From Paraspadella gotoi (Eukaryota > Animalia > Chaetognatha), in NCBI GenBank assembly GCA_051294375.1, contig CM119266.1, positions 9,246,538 through 9,310,537 on the forward strand: DNA of 64,000 nucleotides, written 5' to 3'. This document shows positions 27,380 through 40,893 of this stretch, one piece after another. The notes under the pieces are model-generated. The model searched no databases. It had not been told where the DNA came from and saw only the letters and a list, made by a program, of their open reading frames with translations. A program made the translations under genes and the position numbers. Position 1 is the first letter of the stretch. Every line of letters starts with the position of its first letter.

Positions 27380-27882
27380 CTGAATGAATTAAAGGATAAA
27401 GAAAAAAATGAATGAATCTATACATGAATAGAAGAATAAATGAATAAATAAAATAGCAAATGTCTGAATTAGTTTGAAAATTAATGGATTAATAACTTAA
27501 ATATCTAAACGATTAATGAAATTATAAATGTTAAGACGGGTGAATGAAAGTCAATTTCAATGGGCGTCTGCATCCCTAGAACCTTTATGGTGATTGTTCT
27601 GAAAGGAAATTGCACAATTTCTTATATGTAATTATGTATGTAGAATGAATGAACGAACAAAGGAATGTAATATTGAAGTCTGATAAATACAATAAATCCT
27701 CGAATGAATGAACTAATGAATTAACGAATAACTGAATCGATGAATGAATAAATAATTGAATTGATGTATGATGTATAAAAGAAGGAATCGATGATTGATT
27801 GAAAGAAGAAAAGAATGAAATACGTAATGTAATATAATAATGTAATAATAATGTATTAAAAGACAAAAGCGCAATCCCCTAC

Positions 27883-27984
27883 CTTCAACTGCGTCTCCTT
27901 CTGTTCCAGTCTCGCCAACCTCTTCTTCATGATCGTCATCTCGTTCTTCATCATTCCGAATTCTCCAGTCATCGACGCTGACAA
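27883..27984 (-). CDS. KIF28: KIF28-like kinesin exon (LSASMTGEFGMMKNEMTIMKKRLARLEQKETQLK), coiled coil
   Basis: 102 bp open frame, GTAGG donor; the acceptor could alternatively give a start at 27977. Confidence 0.75.
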
Positions 27985-28315
27985 CTTATTTCGCGGGAAT
28001 TAGAAGATTATTTAAATTAATATACTTTTGTAATATAAGTTGAGATTTTTAGCATATCCGATGGCTTATGAACTTGCTCGAAATTGCTAAAGAAACTGCT
28101 GTTATATCATTTGTCTTTTTTTCATGATTTTAATTTATCAATTTCTTTTTCTTTTTTTTTTTTCGTATTATTTTTGTCGCTTTCTCTGCTTTCCCTTTTT
28201 TTCTCTCCCTCTCAGCCTATGTTTTTTTCTTACCATCTCTTCCTATATTTCTCTATCTCTCTCTCTCTCTCTTTCTCTTTCTCCCTCTCTCTCTCTCTCT
28301 CTCTCCCTCACTCAC

Positions 28316-28455
28316 GTCGGATCCGTGAGGCATGAGCGAGAGTCGTCTCGACACGGTGAGGCCGGTGGGAGAGCTGTGAAACTGCTCCTGCCGCCTCAAC
28401 TCTTTGGTGGACATTTTGGTGAGGTGAGGATCGGGTGAGGAGTCTCCTTGGGATC
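28316..28455 (-). CDS. KIF28: KIF28-like kinesin exon (GSQGDSSPDPHLTKMSTKELRRQEQFHSSPTGLTVSRRLSLMPHGSD)
   Basis: gtcag acceptor, phase 1 start matches the preceding exon, GTGAGT donor. Confidence 0.8.
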
Positions 28456-28972
28456 CTGACAGGATAAAGAAGGACGCATGAGGGTGACAAGGATATTTAA
28501 AAAGTAGTATTAATGTTTAATTTTTTCTCATTTCATATTATTTGAGAAAATTTCCTGTGTAAAAGTTGGCCACAACCATTAACCATTAACTATGATAGCT
28601 TCGATCCGTTTTACCCTCTTTTTATATGCAATTGTCAGCTTCGTCAAAAGCAGGAAAAGGAATGCAAACACTATCTTTGTTGTGTTCTTTCCTTCCTGCA
28701 AACATAAAATATGTATTTTAAAACTTTTAAAATTTTTAAGTCATTATTATTTTTGTGCTTATATTAATTTTTTAATGGCTCCAAACAAGAGAGGAAAAAA
28801 AAATTTATATTTTAAGCTACTCTTTTTTTTTAAATTTTAGTATAATCATATTAATTAAATTCTTAAATTTTCGTTTTTCTTGTAAAGAAAAATGTACGTC
28901 TTTGGCGTCATTTTCGCTTCCTGCAATTGTTCCATCTTCCGGCTAACGCTATTACCCCTGGTGCCCTTCCGT

Positions 28973-29017
<45 letters not shown>

Positions 29018-29443
29018 CCGTTAATCTCCATAATGAAAGGTTGTTCGTGGGGAAAATTTCTAGAATAAAATCTAGGGGAGAGAAATGAGCGAGAGAGAAA
29101 AAGAAAAAGAAAAACTCTCGGTAAAGAGACGGAGATAAAAAAAAAGAAAGATGGCGACGGAAAATACAAAAATACAAAACAAAAGGGAAACGGAAAGGAA
29201 AGGAATATGAATAAGTAACAAAGAAGAAAACTATGGTTATTAATAAAGAAAAAGTGAGCGAATAAATAAAGAATAATAGCAAACAAACGATGAAGTCGAG
29301 AATAAATATTGGAAAGAAGACATAAATGAGAAATATTTTTTTAAAAAAAGGAACATCGGCGATTATAACCAAAGAAAAAAAGAAATTAAGATATAAAAAT
29401 ATAAACGAAGCCGAGTTAATGATGAAAGAAAGAATAATCATTA

Positions 29444-29532
29444 AAAGAAAAGAAAAGAAAAGAAAAGAAAAGAAAAGAAAAGAAAAGAAAAGAAAAGAAA
29501 AGAAAAGAAAAGAAAAGAAAAGAAAAGAAAAG

Positions 29533-29555
<23 letters not shown>
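29444..29555. repeat. (AAAAG)n pentanucleotide microsatellite
   Basis: Direct observation; (GAAA)n tracts also at ~26490-26549 and ~47900-47985. Confidence 0.95.
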
Positions 29556-29564
<9 letters not shown>

Positions 29565-29666
29565 CTAAACAAAACAAAACAAAACTCGGTTTTTCTTCGG
29601 CGAATTTTCTTCCGCATCATTTACGATGACTAAACTGCGGGGGAGGGGCTGTAATTGACGAAAACA

Positions 29667-29726
<60 letters not shown>

Positions 29727-31142
29727 ACCCTCTATGAAAGGGCTGATCGTATAAAAAAACCTTCATATTATTAGGCTAAACATCAAACGGTTCTTCTTAA
29801 TGTTTCCTTCCCTTTTATTTCATTTTACCACAACATTGCCTCCTTCATTTTCTCTTCCATCTGCCTTAATCGTTTGCAATCCTCGTCGTCATCAAATTAT
29901 CGCCCATAGGCAAGAAACACGCACGCACGCATGAACACGCACGCACACGTACGCACGCACCTCGACCGCGCGCGACTCAAACTTTAATGCGATTAGATTA
30001 TAACGAGAAAACCGGGAATCGATGAAAAAATATCTTCAAACGGTTAAAAAAGGTAGATTGAATTTGAATTATGGAATTAAATCGAGCAAATATAGTTTGG
30101 TTTTGTTTTTTCTTTTTTTATTCAAAACTATAAACCAATTTGACGAATTAAAACCAGAATCCGAGTGGAAATTAGATTTCAAAACGCGTCGTAAGTTTTT
30201 CTGATTCTCTTTCGATATCTGAGTTTCTTTAAAAGTTTAAGAAATTGAAATTCGAATAAAATTATGTATGTAAAGGATTTCGGAATTGGATTCTGAAAAA
30301 ATATACTTTAAGAGTTGTATTGTATATTATAATATTTTAATGTAATATATTGCAATATAATATTTACATTAATATTTTAGTCTACAAAAATATTTGAAGC
30401 ATGGAGCAGCTGGTTTTTGTAGAAACCACTTTACTAAGGGGGGGGGAGAGAGAGAGAGAGAGAGAGACTGTGTCCAGTACGACACAGAGTAACACTAAAT
30501 GTCGTGAATCTAACGTGAAAATGTCAGATCATTTTCTAATCCATTTTTGTCCTCTCTCTCTCTCTCTCTCTCTCTCCTCTTCCTCTCATTAAAATCTAAT
30601 ACCACAAAAATTAGCGACCAAGATTTCCTCCCCTTTAGGGAAGCAAGGAGTGGGGTGCGTTCCCCGCCTACGAAGAGAAAAATTCAAAATGGCGCCGCCC
30701 TTCGTACGCCGACTCTCGACTCTTGAGGCGACACCATGAATATTTTTCCATAAACAAAAGGGAAAAGAAGGGAACATACGCGCGGAATACGGAGCCTCGC
30801 CGAGATTAGAAAAAATAAGGAACGGAGAAACCGGGAGACCTTGCCGGGGAAAAAAAAAATAAAAACCCGCGCAAGGCCGCTCGCTTAAGAATTGGGGGGG
30901 GGGGAGATAAAAATATTGCTGTTCATTTTTCATGAATAGTTAACTAGTTACGCGTGGGCTTTTTCGCGCGGTTTTTACGAGAGTTCGGGGGGGGTTTAAA
31001 GTAGACGGAATAAACCGTTTGGTTAAATGGAGGTTCGGCTTTGAAAAGAAAAAAAAACATTTTTAAAGGCGAAACATTTTAAATTTGAGCGGGAAAGATC
31101 TTCCCTTACCCGTGACTTACTTCAAGATGAAAAGGGACTTAC

Positions 31143-31191
31143 CGTAGACGAGGAAAGTGATGCAACCGTTTTCGAAGTAATCGAGGTCGTC
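31143..31191 (-). CDS. KIF28: KIF28-like kinesin 49-bp exon (DDLDYFENGCITFLVY-G)
   Basis: ttctag acceptor, GTAAGT donor, phases 0/1 fit both neighbours. Confidence 0.8.
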
Positions 31192-31272
31192 CTAGAATTG
31201 GGAGAAAATGAAGAGAATGGGTCCCAACAAAGATATGTCTTGCCCTCTCTATTAATTCGGCTATTATTCCGG

Positions 31273-31521
31273 AACAGTATCTTTGTTACTTTGGCTTCTC
31301 CGTTGAAATTCACTCGCTCGCGTTGAGAGAAGCTAAGTAGAAAGAACGCTAGCCCGGAAAAATTAAATACTATAAACTCATAATTATTAATAATGATGAG
31401 TATTTAGTTTTACATTATTTCATCGCGAAAAATTTTTCCCGGGCTAGCGTTGTTTTTACTTCGCTTCTCTTAACGCGTGTGATTGAATTTCACGGAGAAG
31501 CCAAAGTAACAAAGATACGTT
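31273..31521. mobile_element. MITE-like element with ~90-bp terminal inverted repeats
   Basis: gtatctttgttactttggcttctccg...aacgctagcccggaaaaatt mirrored by aatttttcccgggctagcgtt...cggagaagccaaagtaacaaagatac; AT-rich, partly palindromic centre; no clear TSD. Confidence 0.75.
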
Positions 31522-31988
31522 GATATATTTGAACGGGCGACGCTTCAAATAAATAAATAAACAAATAAAGTTCACAGGGTATTTCTTAATGAGCAAAGAT
31601 GCAATATTAGGAATGATAGAAAAATAGTAGAATTATTGATGCGAAAGGAATTTACGAATCGAAAATGGATTTGAAAGATAATAATGTAAAAAAAAGCAAA
31701 ATAATTAAAAATGTAGTGTACTATATGAAAAATGTAAACAAAAATTATGAAAATTGTCACAATATCTTGAACTGCGGGAACGGTATCGCTAAAAAATTAG
31801 GAACATCTAAAGAGAAGCATTTGAATAATAATAATAATTGTGAAATAGACAATTGGAATGATAGATAATATGGGCCTTTTTCCCACATTTATACATTCAA
31901 TCCGTCTATCCCTCCAGCTCGTCTATATCCTTCCCTACCATTTATCCATCTATCCATCCCCCTTAAAAAAAAAAACCCAAAAAAAAAC

Positions 31989-32157
31989 CTGCGTGAGCGA
32001 AGAAATCGAGACGATTGTGCTATGTTTAAAATCCGGGCTCAGCGTTCCCTTGACGACGGGAGTAGCGCGGTAGTCCTCTTCCCCGTTGGCGCGGTATTTG
32101 ACGCTGATCCCGAGTGAGTATCGCGACTTGTGAATCTTCGCAGTTTCGAACCGTCAC
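31989..32157 (-). CDS. KIF28: KIF28-like kinesin exon (VTVR..KIHKSRYSLGISVKYRANGEEDYRATPVVKGTLSPDFKHSTIVSISSLTQ), one apparent extra base
   Basis: cacag acceptor and GT donor; 169 bp where 168 would keep the frame. Confidence 0.75.
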
Positions 32158-33595
32158 CTGTGAGAGATCGAAAGGTGAAGCGGTGTGGATCACGGCGGGG
32201 CGGGGGGGGTCGGGAGTGAGGAGTGGAAAAAAGTCACGACACGTGAAAACCTCTCATCCTTTTGACGTTATCGTTCCTATGACAACAACAACAACAACAA
32301 GATTTCATTTTATGGACGTCGTCGTTTTCGTTTTATTCGTCGCTTTCATCGTCGTCGCCGTCGTCGTCGTTTCCATCGTCGTTTTAGTCGTCCTCGTTAA
32401 CGTCATCAACTGGATCGAAAACGTCACCGGCGAAAAAAAAAGAACATCGGGAATTTTAACGATGAAAAGAAGAAAAAAAATATTTTTTTCCCTCGAAATT
32501 TCGAGGAAAAAAATCACGGGGTTTCCACGGGTCACGTGATTGACGGGTCCTCGCTGGTCACGAATAATCGTGAAACCTTCCGTGATTTCTGTGAGATTTT
32601 TTTTTTTAGGTGGAAAAAAATATTAAAGACATCTCGCGTTTTAGCGTTTAGGGTTTGCGGTTCTGGTGATCACAATATCTCATTCGTCAGTATTCTCAGT
32701 ATCGCAGTATCGCAGTATCGCAGTATTCTCATAATGTAATCAAATATCTCATGTATAATTATTACGTCATAGCATATGAACGAAACAGAACAAAGATATT
32801 GTTGACATTACGTTACGTTTCGTTGTAATTTTGAAACTTTCAAATGTGAAAAAAAACCAAATGTCTTTTCTCTCTCGGGTGATGTCGATCACGGGTGATC
32901 CGAGTCACAATAATTACTGGATGAACATTGAACAATGTGATACTGTGATAGTGAAGGCAACGAAAGAGATAGAAGACGAAGTGAACCACGACGACGACGA
33001 CAGTGACGACTTTTACGACAACATATACAACGATGACGACGACATCAGGCGAAACGACGACTAGAACAACGACAACAACAACAACAACAACAACAGCGAC
33101 AACGACGCCATCAACGCAAAAAAAAAAAGTGAAGATTTTCTTCGCTGAAGATTTTATTTGTTTCGTCGTCGGAAAAAGACGAAGAAGAAAAAAAAAATTG
33201 TTATTCGCGAAATTCGCTTCTCGAAAGCGAATGAGATTTTCAAGTTGAAAAAGGCTGCAATTTCTGACTACTTCTAACCTCGGTCACTGATGTTGATGAT
33301 ACAGGGTACCCCATCTCCGTTACAACTTTTAACGATAACTGCGTAGCGATTCGAACAGTCGGAGTAATCGTTAGTCTTGTATTTTTTTATATTTATTTCT
33401 CCCGCACTTTCTAGTCAACTTCACGATTTAGTTTTAAGAATTTGCAGCTTCCCCACCATAAACTTGTAGTGATAGGGCTCTCCATCTATCACCTTGCAGT
33501 AATAGGGTTTTTCCATCATTACCATTTAGTCATAAGGCTTCCCCAGCATCACTCCCAATCTTCTCCTAATAATTTCCAGGCTACCGCATCATCAC

Positions 33596-33778
33596 CTTGT
33601 AATGATAAGGCTTCCCCAGCAATTCCATCGGTATCTTCGACGAAGTATTCCTCGTCTTAGCGACTTCCCTCCTTTCGGTGCAAGGAGGCGACGGCGATCA
33701 TGAGCGCCCCGTCCTCTTCGCCTTTGTAGTCTTGTGATCGCGATTTCGGTCGTCGAAGTCCAGGGGCGTAGCTAGACT
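33596..33778 (-). CDS. KIF28: KIF28-like kinesin exon (approx. SL.YALDFDD.IAITDYKGEEDGALMIAVAPC...EEYFVED.MELLGKPYHYK), several indels
   Basis: ttccag acceptor, GTGATG donor; reading through the indels gives a segment resembling KIF28 as I recall it. Confidence 0.75.
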
Positions 33779-34644
33779 CTGGAAAGGGGTGGGGCGGAGG
33801 GTTTGATGGGGAGGGACAAATAAGGATTGGGTGAGGGAGGGTCGCCGCGCCTCTCTGAAAGTGTGGATTTTTTCCGTCAGTTGCCGAAACTTCGGCGGTA
33901 GGCTTGCTACCGGTGGTTCAACCGGCCCGTTTAACCAGGGCTAGAACCCGGGATCTTTGGTTTCGATGCTGAAGCGTAAGGGGAGCGGAGTGCGCTATTA
34001 CGGCGCTGACGGAAGGAACGCTCGTAGCCAACGGTTAGTGATATTACGTCACAACATTGGGATTGGGATGTTTTCGAGCGTTTGAGGAGTTCGGGTTCGG
34101 AGAGGGAAGGGGAAAGGGGATTAGAAATGGGATTAGAAAAGGGATTAGGAAAGGGGATTAGAAATGGCTGGGGATGGAATATTTCTGCGCCCCGAGGGGG
34201 ACAGGGTTCTAGGGGGAGTTTAAAGGATTGTATATTTTGAGGTTTGAAGGAGTGTTCTAGCTTCTAGGTAGACATACTTTTTATACTACGGGACTGCAGA
34301 CGGTTAATTAGGGATTAAAAAGAGAAGGGTATTCCGTAAATTTCTTTGGTGGCTCGGGGATTGGGGGATTAGTTATTTAAACAGTTTATGGTTAGATATT
34401 TATTATCTTTATTTATTTAATTCTCCCTCTTCTATTTAACGCATATTGCACACTTGTGTATGTATGTTTTGTTTTGATTTTTTTGTACACCTTGTTGCAT
34501 TCGAATAAAAACGCTTATATTTAGATATAAAGGAATAAGGAAAAGCTTCGATAGAAAACATAACGTGAAAAATAACACGTGTTTTGTTTCGTTTCGTTTG
34601 TTTCGTCGCTCGAACTGCGNNNNNNNNNNNNNNNNNNNNNNNNN

Positions 34645-36372
34645 ACCATTTAGTCATAAGGCTTCCCCAGCCATCACTCTTCAAACAATATTGACATATG
34701 AATATGACATATGACGACATCATGACAATCTCGTCCCTAATATCAGGCTTCCCATCACAGCGGGCTACCCGCATGTCTTATATTTTCGCCTCAATGATAT
34801 ACCTTTCCCCATCATCAGCCTTGGTACACTCGACTAAGGACTGCCCCAGCAATTGCACATCGGACCACGACAACTCTTCCGAACGAAGTCATTCCTCGTC
34901 GAGACGACTTCCCTCCTCGGTGCAGAGCTTACTCAGGGGCGACGGCGATCTCCCACCATATTTCGTGAACAAAACCGCCCCTTCCTCTCTCGCCTTTGTA
35001 CGTGCCTGCTCTCCGATGCGATTCGGATCGTCCCGAAGTCCAGGGCCGAAGCTCCATCAGACTCTGGTAAAGGTGACTCATAGATGGGGGTACAACGCCG
35101 GATGAGGAGGACAAATAAGGATTTGGGTAGGTGAGGGTCGCCGCGCAGCTCGCTGAATAGTCGTGATTTTTATCCGTCAGTTGCACGGAGCCACACTTCC
35201 CGGTCCGCCCTTTCTCTCCTAGGGTTGCTAGCGGTGGCTTCAACCGCGCGCCCTTTAACCATTGGCTAGAACCCGCGCGCGAGTCTTGGTCTTCGAATGC
35301 CCGCGAACGCCCGACGGGCGAGCGATGGCCCTCATATGCGCCTCTTCCTAATTACCCCAGGGCGCTGACCGCCCGACAGGTGGGTGTGTTGGGGAGTGTT
35401 GACGCGCCGTAGCCAACGGTTAGTGACTTCAGTTACGTCCACAACATGGCTGATAATTCTGGATGATGCTCTGTTTCCGAGCGGTTCTGATGAGGGCCTA
35501 GCATCTAGTTCGTGTTCGGAGACGGCACAGCGCGCGACAACTGCGGATATAGAGGAAATGAACTCTTCGGGACTGCCCCCACGAATGACATTAGGGATTA
35601 GGAAGACAGAATTCAAGGGCCGGATTAGAAAGTTCCGCGTGTGTTGATTTTGCGCGATCATCACCTTTCTGCCCGCCCCGAGTGGGACAGGTTCTAGGGG
35701 ACAGTCTGTTTAAAGGTCTGTACTAGCCTTGAGCCGTAAAGAGTGTTCTACGTTAGACATTACTTCTCTTACTACTACGGGACTGCAGACTACTGTATAA
35801 CTAGCACCGGTTAATTAGGGATTAACAAAACGACTGATTTAGTATCTCCACCAAGAGAAGGCAGTGGATTATATCACCCGTCCAACTATCGCACCATCTT
35901 TAGTTCTCGCTTTCATGCGTGACTGACTCCTACGGAGTGATAGATGTGGCTTACTTTTGCCAACACCAGTCAGCGTGTAGACTTTCCTCGCCCGCACGCT
36001 GGGGGATCCGGTTACTTTTAAATACAGCTTCACTCCGGTTTAGATATATTATCTGATTTATACACGCATACTCATTTTTTGAATTTTTTGCTCTCCTCCC
36101 TCTCTTCTGTCTTCTAAACCACGCATTTGCCGCCCACACTTGTTGTTTGTAAAGTATGTTTTGGTTAACTTTTTGTCCGCTAGCATACCAAAATTCCAGA
36201 CCTTGTTCTGCATCCCCGCACTCGCCCCCGAATACGCACCAGCACGCCCTTATCTTACGCCCGCAACATACTCAAGACAAATAAGGAAAGCTTCGAAAAG
36301 AAAACATAACGTGAAAAATAACACGTGTTTTGTTTCCGTTTCGCTTTCGTTGTTTCGTCGCACGAACCGTGC
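34645..36372. other. Noisy duplicate of ~33521-34618, including a scrambled copy of the 33596-33778 exon (~34820-35063)
   Basis: Colinear shared landmarks (accatttagtcataaggcttcccc; gtagccaacggttagtga; tactacgggactgcagac; cataacgtgaaaaataacacgtgttttgtttc), insertion-dominated differences, starts right after an N-gap. Confidence 0.85.
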
Positions 36373-36780
36373 GAAGGAATTGATATGTCACGATTGTACG
36401 TTCGGTAGTCTAGCCCATCGATCGCTGCGGCGACCGTCAACATACAGCTTTATGTTAACCTTGATAAGTAGACAGTAACACGAAATTTTGACTATAACGA
36501 TGAATGATGTTTGTTTAGGGACGAATTGTTTTACCGGAGAAGACCCATCAATGTTTATTTACTGCACAATGCCTTTTAGACCCGCAAATCCACCCATTGG
36601 AATCTAGGGACGTATGTGTACGACATATGAAATTTTTTGGGAAAAATGTGAAGTACAATGATTACAATATCAATCATTTCTTTTAAATGAAACTCGATAA
36701 ATACTTCTTATCTTTTTTCTTTCTTCGGAAAAAACTTATATTCCACCATCATCGGCCCACAGCTCTCCCGACGCATCTAC

Positions 36781-36895
36781 CTGCAGAAAAGACGTTGCAG
36801 GGTTCCGATGAGTACGGTGTCCTCAGGCGGATTCCCAGAAAGGGTCTTCCTCGGGGAAGAGGAGTCAGAGTTCTCCGTCGCCGTCCGAGGAAGCG
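36781..36895 (-). CDS. KIF28: KIF28-like kinesin exon (approx. RFL.GDGEL..LPEEDPFW.PPEDTVLIGT.NVFLQ), several indels
   Basis: cacag acceptor, GTAGAT donor; kinesin-3 DPFW motif recoverable across the frameshifts. Confidence 0.75.
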
Positions 36896-37653
36896 CTGTG
36901 GTCAAGGAGCAGTGGCAGGGTGTGGTTAGGGATGTGGTGAAAAGGTTGGAATGTTGTACGTTGTGGTCGTCGGGAAGTAAAGGGAGAGAGAGGAGAAGAG
37001 AGAGAGAAGAGGAGAGAGAGAGAGAGAGAGAAGAAGAGAGAGAGGGGAAGATCTTCAAACTAGACGAGACAGGTGTCTGTATGAGAGAATATCCAAGATG
37101 CGGTAGATACCGGTGGTGATCGCCATTAACTCGCGTGTTACGGAGAGACACGACCCATACCGGGAATTAACAGGCGCGACTCAGCATCGTCGAGCCCTAC
37201 GTTACCTTATGCTCGTCACCCATAATGTACACTGCAGTTATCACTTGAGAAATAGGGCCGTTAGGATGAGACCAGAGTATGAAAGAGGTCGCAACAGGTC
37301 GCTGACGGGGAGAGATCGGTCGGGACCGTGCGAGGAGTTACTGTCCAGGAGGCGTAAGATGCGTAGTTGCGAATGAGCCGCGGCCTTTCAAAGATGAGAG
37401 AGAGAGAGAAGAAGAGAAGAGAAGAGAGAGAGAGAAAACAGATAAAACGAATGGATCTACTTTCTGGCCGTTTACGGGGCAGGGGCGGCGGAGAGTGCGG
37501 CGCCTGCAGCGGCGCGCGGCGGAACCCGCCGTCGTTAATGCGTTATATCGCGGTCATATTCCTCATTAGACGATCGAGGAAGTCACTTTATTCTCTCTCT
37601 CTATCATTTTCTTCCTCCAGTTCTTCTGGTGCTCACCTCTCTCTCTCTCTCTT

Positions 37654-37696
<43 letters not shown>

Positions 37697-39109
37697 TCTC
37701 GTCGTTTTCCATCTGTTTCCGGTAAAACGACTCCGGCCCATTTCATTTTTTTTCCTTCTCGTCTTCCGACGTCTTTCCCTCCCATTTCTGCTTAAAAGCA
37801 TGAATCTTTTTTTCCTTTACACTCTTTCTGTCTTTCTTGCTTTCTTTCTTTCTTTTTTTTTCTGTCTTTCATGCTTTCTTCATTTATTTCTATCTTTCTT
37901 TTCTCTTCCTTTACGTTCTTTCTTCTTTCCATATCTCATTTCTTTCTTTCTCTCTCTCTTTCTTTCTTTATTTCTTTTTTTCTCTATCCGTTTACCCTTA
38001 AAAACCTTTCCCCCCCACTCACCCGCGCGCTAACAAAATGTTATTAGAATTTATTCGACGTCCTTAGAAGAAGCTTTTTTTTCATTGCTTTCTTTCGCAA
38101 TCTTTTGCTTTTTTTCCCCCCCATTTCCTTCCATTATCTTGCGAGGGTCCCGCACATTCAGACCCAATCTTGTCGTGATGGCAAAAATGTTTTCCCTCGC
38201 TCACTCCTTTCCTTGGACGAATTGCCCTTTGCCCATTGAACATTGCATTGAAACGCATAGCAGAAACACTCGTGGACTATGCTTTCAAATGGTTCATGCA
38301 GAAACTAGCATTTATTTATTTTTTATGTTTTTTTAACTTTTATATTTTCAGTATTATCTTTTCTACCCTCAAGTTTCTTTGAGTTTTTTTCTTTCTTTTG
38401 AAAAGAATTTTGGTATAATTTATAAATCTTGTCACGAACGCGACACCGGGAAACGACGACGACGACGACGACAACGACGACGATCTTAAAACGGGCGCAC
38501 GATGACGTCAGCACTGGACATAAAAAGCCGGTGGAGCGGGAGACAAGGGTGAGGCTGATGAGTTGGGAGGGGACGACTGGACCGAGTTAGATTTAAAGTG
38601 AATAACCTTTTAATAATTGATAATGAAAGTATAGAAATATATCATCATATTAAGTATTATAGTGGATAATTAAACGCGAGATAGTACAAAAAATATTTTG
38701 TTCATATTGTTTGGAGAACAGAACCATAAAACAAAATATTTATAGTAATATACTTATAAAATAGTAAATTAATAAATTTTTTAAATATTTTTTTTTCATT
38801 CTCTGTAGCAGAAATTATTATATATTTTTAGTCATTTTTTGTGGTTTAGAAATTAAAATATCATATAACGTATTTTACAATTTTTTTATGGCAAATCCGA
38901 ATCTATACTTAAAAGTTTAAAAAAATAATTTTGAAATTTTATGATTTTATAAGGATATTACTACGGAGAAAATAGAATTTGCGGCGATATTGTTATGCTA
39001 AAAAAAGTATTTAAATTTCGTTAATTACATGTACAAAGGCAGCAAAAAAATAATGTTCAATCGCTCAATCTCTTCATCGCTCCACACTATTAAGTATCCC
39101 CCTTTCACC

Positions 39110-39190
39110 CATGCCTAATGGCATTGCCCATTGTACCCATTGCCTCCATTGCCCATTGCACCCATTACCCATTGCCCAATGCCCATTGTC
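39110..39190. repeat. Degenerate 7-bp repeat (gcccatt)n
   Basis: Direct observation; a shorter version lies at ~38221-38250. Confidence 0.8.
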
Positions 39191-40793
39191 CAGTGACACC
39201 AGAAAACGTCCGTCGATTTTAAAAACCCCAGGGAGGTGTGAACGCATGGCATCAAGGCATGGCGTCAAGGGGCTCCCGTCATCCTTAAATATTGACGCTT
39301 TCAATGTAAGCGCGGAAAAAAATTGAGGCTAATGGGAGAAAAGGCTGCGAGAAAAAAATTAAGAGGGATTCGTATCTGGAAATTAGGGACTGGGAGAGAA
39401 CAATCCGTTTGACTATTTGACTGTTTGACTGTTTGACTGTAGGATTGTGAGGGAGAAGAAATGACACGCGTGGAAAAAATAAGAGGAGAAAAACCGTCAC
39501 GGGCTCAGGAGTCAAACGGTGAGCGAAACGTGAATGGGAAAGTTAATAGGAAGGTGGACGTGAGCCGGCGTGACCAGTGGCCAGTTTTGCTCGACGATAA
39601 TTCGAATTTGGGCGATCGATCTGAGGAAAAGAAGAAAAGGCAAACTCTTCGCTCACGAATTTTAAGCCTGACATTGAAGGCTTAAATTTAAACATTTAAG
39701 TAATAGCCTTGACATCATAAATCTTTTTTGAAAAACGTTTACCGAGAAAAAATTAGTAAAACTCGTAACCTCGTTTGCAGCTCCCGAGATACTGATAAAT
39801 TAGAGTTATCTTTAAGTTTATTTTCGCTATTAATCTTAATGTAAATCTAACTAAACGCTACACACACGAAACACTAACCAAATTTACTCTCACCCCTTCT
39901 GCTTACATTCAACAAAATTAGAACCAAAAACAAAAGTAAAAGAAAAAACAAACAAAAAAATAATTTTGTTTGGATTTTCTTTCCCCGTTGGTGTTTGTTG
40001 TTGTTGGCGTTGATAAATTCCCCCGAAAATGGAAGAGAAAATTGAAACGTTTGCCACCAAATATTTTCTCTCTCTCTGCTCTCTCTCTCTCTCTCTCTCT
40101 CTCTACTCTCTCTCTCTCTCTCTCCTCTCTCTTCTCTCTCTCTCTCTCTCTCTCTTTCTTTCCCCGCGGATAAAATTTCTGGGGCGAATGAAAGAAAGAA
40201 AGAATGAGAGGAAAGAAGGAAAAACGGAATTTTTTTTTTTTTTTTGAATCTCGAGCGGAAACGTGCCACCTTGGTAGCAGCCTCAGCCGCCGCTACAGTC
40301 GCCTCCGCAGCCGCCGCTGCAGCCGCCTCCGCAGCCGCCGCCGGCATCGACGCAGCCGCCGTCGGTACAATGCGAGATAAAAAAAAAAAGCGGGATGGGA
40401 GAGGGAGTCAAAGGAAAATGGGGCGTGGGGGGGGGGCGGAGGGAATAAGACGCGACGAGAATCAAATATTCGGTGTCAAATTGAGATCACAGAAAAATTT
40501 TTAAATTCAAGAAAAACCTGAAAAAAAAAGAGAAAAAAAAGGCGAGTAATGTCTTTGCATGGCAATCTTGGCCTTTCTTTCCTTTTCATTCAGAAACCTC
40601 AAACCAAATGCTATAGCAGGGTGTTATATCTATATGAGAATGGGTACCCTGATTACGTGGAGTTTTCACCCGGTCACCAACTCACCCTCATTCTGGCAAC
40701 AAGTTCATTCTCAGTCCGATCACCCTCCTCCCCCGTCCCTAAGTTAGCGATGAACGAGTCACTCACCCTTCCTCTTTTTCCATACTAACTCAC

Positions 40794-40893
40794 CTGATAA
40801 TGATCTTGCATGAGGAAGCGGCGATTCATAAACTTTCCTCGGTCCCAGAGCCAAGTGTTGCCGTTGAGTAAGTTCTTCATCTTGACCATGACT
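40794..40893 (-). CDS. KIF28: KIF28-like kinesin exon (KVMVKMKNLLNGNTWLWDRGKFMNRRFLMQDHYQ), KIF1B-like segment
   Basis: gacag acceptor, GTGAGT donor, phases 2/0; kinesin-3 W..KF.NR...M...YQ motif. Confidence 0.9.

Noticed and set aside
40260-40370. Poly-Ala ORFs on both strands
   Set aside because: GCC/GCA-type trinucleotide repeat inside a kinesin intron, with no splice support
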